Source: an uncultured delta proteobacterium (GTDB lineage Bacteria; Myxococcota_A; Polyangia; Fen-1088). Taken from it: a stretch of DNA of 64,000 nucleotides. Shown piece after piece: positions 61,818 through 64,000 of this stretch (its first letter is position 1; every line of letters begins with the position of its first letter). Position numbers and translations under genes: made by a program. Location: positions 128,001-192,000 of the forward strand of contig CAVYGB010000002.1 of NCBI GenBank assembly GCA_963767925.1. Reading direction: 5' to 3'. Under the pieces are notes generated by a model. The model did not search any database and had not been told where the DNA came from. It saw nothing but the letters and a program-made list of their open reading frames with translations.

Positions 61818-62228
61818 TCAGCGGTCGGGCGCGGGGGACAGGCCGACCCAGCCCATCCCCGCGTGGGTCAGGGTCTCCCAGACGATGTGGTGGTTGACCC
61901 CCTGGTGGCTGCGCACGCGCGCCTCGACCAGCCGGGCGGTCAGCGGCAGCGGCAGCCCCCGCCGGTCCCGGAAATGGTTGAGGGCGATCTCCCAGGTCGG
62001 CAGGTTCGCCAGGTCGAGCTTGCCCCCGCACAGCCAGCCGGGCACCGGCTTGCCCAGCAGGTAGTCGGCGTGCAGCTCGAGCCCCGCCCGCAGCCGGTCG
62101 GACTGCTCGGCGTACAGGTCGACCCCCTGCTGGAACGCCGTCTCGGCGGCGCTGACGATCGAGGCGATGCCGTAGGCGGTGTGCCCGAAGTCGCGGCAGG
62201 TCTCCTGCGACAGGCCGTCGACCAGCTT
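61818..62228 (-). pseudogene. 3' remnant of an alginate-lyase-like secreted protein gene
   Basis: KLVDGLSQETCRDFGHTAYGI...AETAFQQGVDLY...WETLTHAG; no start codon upstream in frame. Confidence 0.7.
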
Positions 62229-62262
62229 CGCCGGGGCTCCCGGCGCGGGAGCGCGGCGGGGA

Positions 62263-63744
62263 TCACTGCGGCTCGCAGAAGCCGTAGTTGCAGGCGGGGC
62301 GCCCGGCCGGGCAGTCGGCGGCGTTGGCGCAGGTGGCGCACGAAGAACGGCCGGTGGCCCGGCTCTCGTAATAGCAGCCGCAGCCGAACTGCGGCTGGTA
62401 CGAGGCGATGGGCCCCATCTCCTGATCGCGGCGCACGCGCATGGCGCAGGCGGGGATGTAGCCGCTGGCCACGATGGCGTCGATCAGCGGCTGCTCGAGC
62501 CGGGGCACCGAGAACCGGCGCACCAGGGCGTCGGCCGCGGCCGAGGGCACGCCGTTGGTCGTGGCGGCGAACAGGTGGATGGGCCCCCAGATCGGGTAGT
62601 GCCCATCGCGCACGTTGGCCTTGTCGTTGGCGGTGGGGGTGGAGTCGGGCAGGTAGCCGCAGGCCTGGCCGGTCGACTGGAACATCAAGGTGCGCAGGTT
62701 GGCCCGGGCCTTGTCGGCGAAGTCCGAGGAGAGCACCCCGATGGCCCGCTCGACCACCATGGGGTCGACCACCTCCATCGAGTCGCGCAGGTTGTCCGAG
62801 GAGAGGCGGTCGATGCCCCACCAGCTCGTGGGTGGGACGTTGATGGCGCGCGAGGTGAGCTGGATGGTGCCGGTGCCGGCGCTGCGCACGAAGTAGTAGC
62901 GGGGGTCGATCCAGGGCTGGACGTTGCCCTGGTTGCCCCCCGCCCCGAACAGCAGGTGGGCCGCTTCGGCGCTGATGACCCGCTCCGGGGAGGCGGCGGG
63001 CACCACGAAGTTTATCGCCTGGATCGGCCCCAGGTAGTCGGCCACCCCGGCCCGCGGCTCGTAGCCGCAGGTGCGCGAGTAGATGTCCGACTCGCCCACG
63101 TCGACGGTGTTCCCCTCGGGGCTGAGGCGGCAGGAGTGTTTGGTCCCCTGAGCGTCGAAGAAGAAGGCCCAGTTGTTGGGGATGTCGCGGATGATCCGGC
63201 GGGTCGGGTCGGCGTCGAACATCGAGGCCACACCCCGGCAGGAGGTCTGGGGCTGGAAGACGACGACGTAGGGCGGGGCGCCGGCCGCCAGCAGGGGCGC
63301 CACGGCCTGCAGCAGCGGCAGGAAGTTGGTCGAGCCGGTCGAGTAGATGACGTTGCGGGACAAGTCGGCGCAGTTGATCGTGGGGACGGGCTGGGCGTTC
63401 ACCAGCGCGGGGGTGGCGCCCAGGTCGGCCGGCGGGACGAGCGCGTTCAAGGCGGTCCCGCTCTGGCACAGGCCCAGCCGGGTGCAGTTGTCGAAGGGGA
63501 GGCACTGGGCGGCGGTGCAGGCGTTGCTGAACTCGGCCTGGGTGCGGGGCGTGCCGAGAAAGCAGCCGGGCGGGCCCAGCCCCGAATACACGCAGACGCC
63601 CTGGGCGCCGCAGCGCGGATACCCCTCGAAGCCGAGGCAGTCGGCGTCGGTCCGGCACTGCACGACGCCCCGGTCGACGAGCGCCGAGCAGCTCGACAGC
63701 GCCGCCAGCGCGGCCGCCGTCAGGCCCAACCTGCTCCCTTGCAT
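62263..63744 (-). CDS. Cys-rich lipoprotein with probable periplasmic-binding (PstS-like) fold
   Basis: Lipobox LSSC; C-X4-C repeats at both ends; YSTGST, VRSAGTGT, NVRDGHYPIWGP. Confidence 0.7.
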   Translation of the reverse strand: MQGSRLGLTAAALAALSSCSALVDRGVVQCRTDADCLGFEGYPRCGAQGVCVYSGLGPPGCFLGTPRTQAEFSNACTAAQCLPFDNCTRLGLCQSGTALNALVPPADLGATPALVNAQPVPTINCADLSRNVIYSTGSTNFLPLLQAVAPLLAAGAPPYVVVFQPQTSCRGVASMFDADPTRRIIRDIPNNWAFFFDAQGTKHSCRLSPEGNTVDVGESDIYSRTCGYEPRAGVADYLGPIQAINFVVPAASPERVISAEAAHLLFGAGGNQGNVQPWIDPRYYFVRSAGTGTIQLTSRAINVPPTSWWGIDRLSSDNLRDSMEVVDPMVVERAIGVLSSDFADKARANLRTLMFQSTGQACGYLPDSTPTANDKANVRDGHYPIWGPIHLFAATTNGVPSAAADALVRRFSVPRLEQPLIDAIVASGYIPACAMRVRRDQEMGPIASYQPQFGCGCYYESRATGRSSCATCANAADCPAGRPACNYGFCEPQ

Positions 63745-63779
63745 GGCTGTCCTTTCTTCTCTTCTCGTCAGGGAGATCT

Positions 63780-64000
63780 CTAGAAAGTTGCCCCGAAGGC
63801 CAGCCCGCCCGCGGCCGGCCCCACCTGCACCGCCCGCGCCTCCGCGCGCTCCTCGTCCGCACCCCCGCTGAAGTAGGCGGTGAGGATCACCGCCAGCAGC
63901 GTGCTGGCGGCGAGCACGTCCCCGGCGACGGCGAGCCGCTGGTTGAACAGGGCCTTGGCCCGCAGCCGGCCCGGCGTCACCGGATAGGTGCTGCGGAGTT
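63780..64000 (-). CDS. 3' end of a membrane-anchored/secreted protein (starts outside the window)
   Basis: TM helix then VQVGPAAGGLAFGATF stop; frame open to the window end. Confidence 0.55.
   Translation of the reverse strand, partial: LRSTYPVTPGRLRAKALFNQRLAVAGDVLAASTLLAVILTAYFSGGADEERAEARAVQVGPAAGGLAFGATF

Overview
Very GC-rich bacterial DNA. Gene style (orphan hybrid histidine kinases, a short Wza, Cys-rich lipoproteins, sigma54-like promoters) suggests Myxococcota; this is an inference. Contents in order: end of an MFS efflux gene; ASCH-like gene; a solitary HUH/Y1 (RAYT/IS200-like) transposase surrounded by tandem arrays and hairpins; hybrid kinase; DUF1080, CotH and PL6 lyase genes; a fragmented dcw cluster (mraY-murD-ftsW, then murG about 7 kb later); a SAM-methyltransferase/Crp-like fusion; an exopolysaccharide cluster interrupted by kinases and a decayed ImmA/IrrE-PIN module; treY-treZ-debranching operon; four small membrane proteins; decarboxylase; phosphoesterase; DUF389; frameshifted AGCS symporter; folA; lipoproteins and a lyase remnant. 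The most striking non-coding signal is a family of hairpin elements (boxC-like stems and a three-way junction, mostly with CAGA loops and an A-C mismatch). These lie beside or inside three near-perfect tandem amplifications (41 bp x9, 178 bp x3, 28 bp x9), the first directly downstream of the transposase. No rRNA, tRNA, CRISPR array or cas gene was seen. All product calls come from motif recognition by eye; no database search was run.
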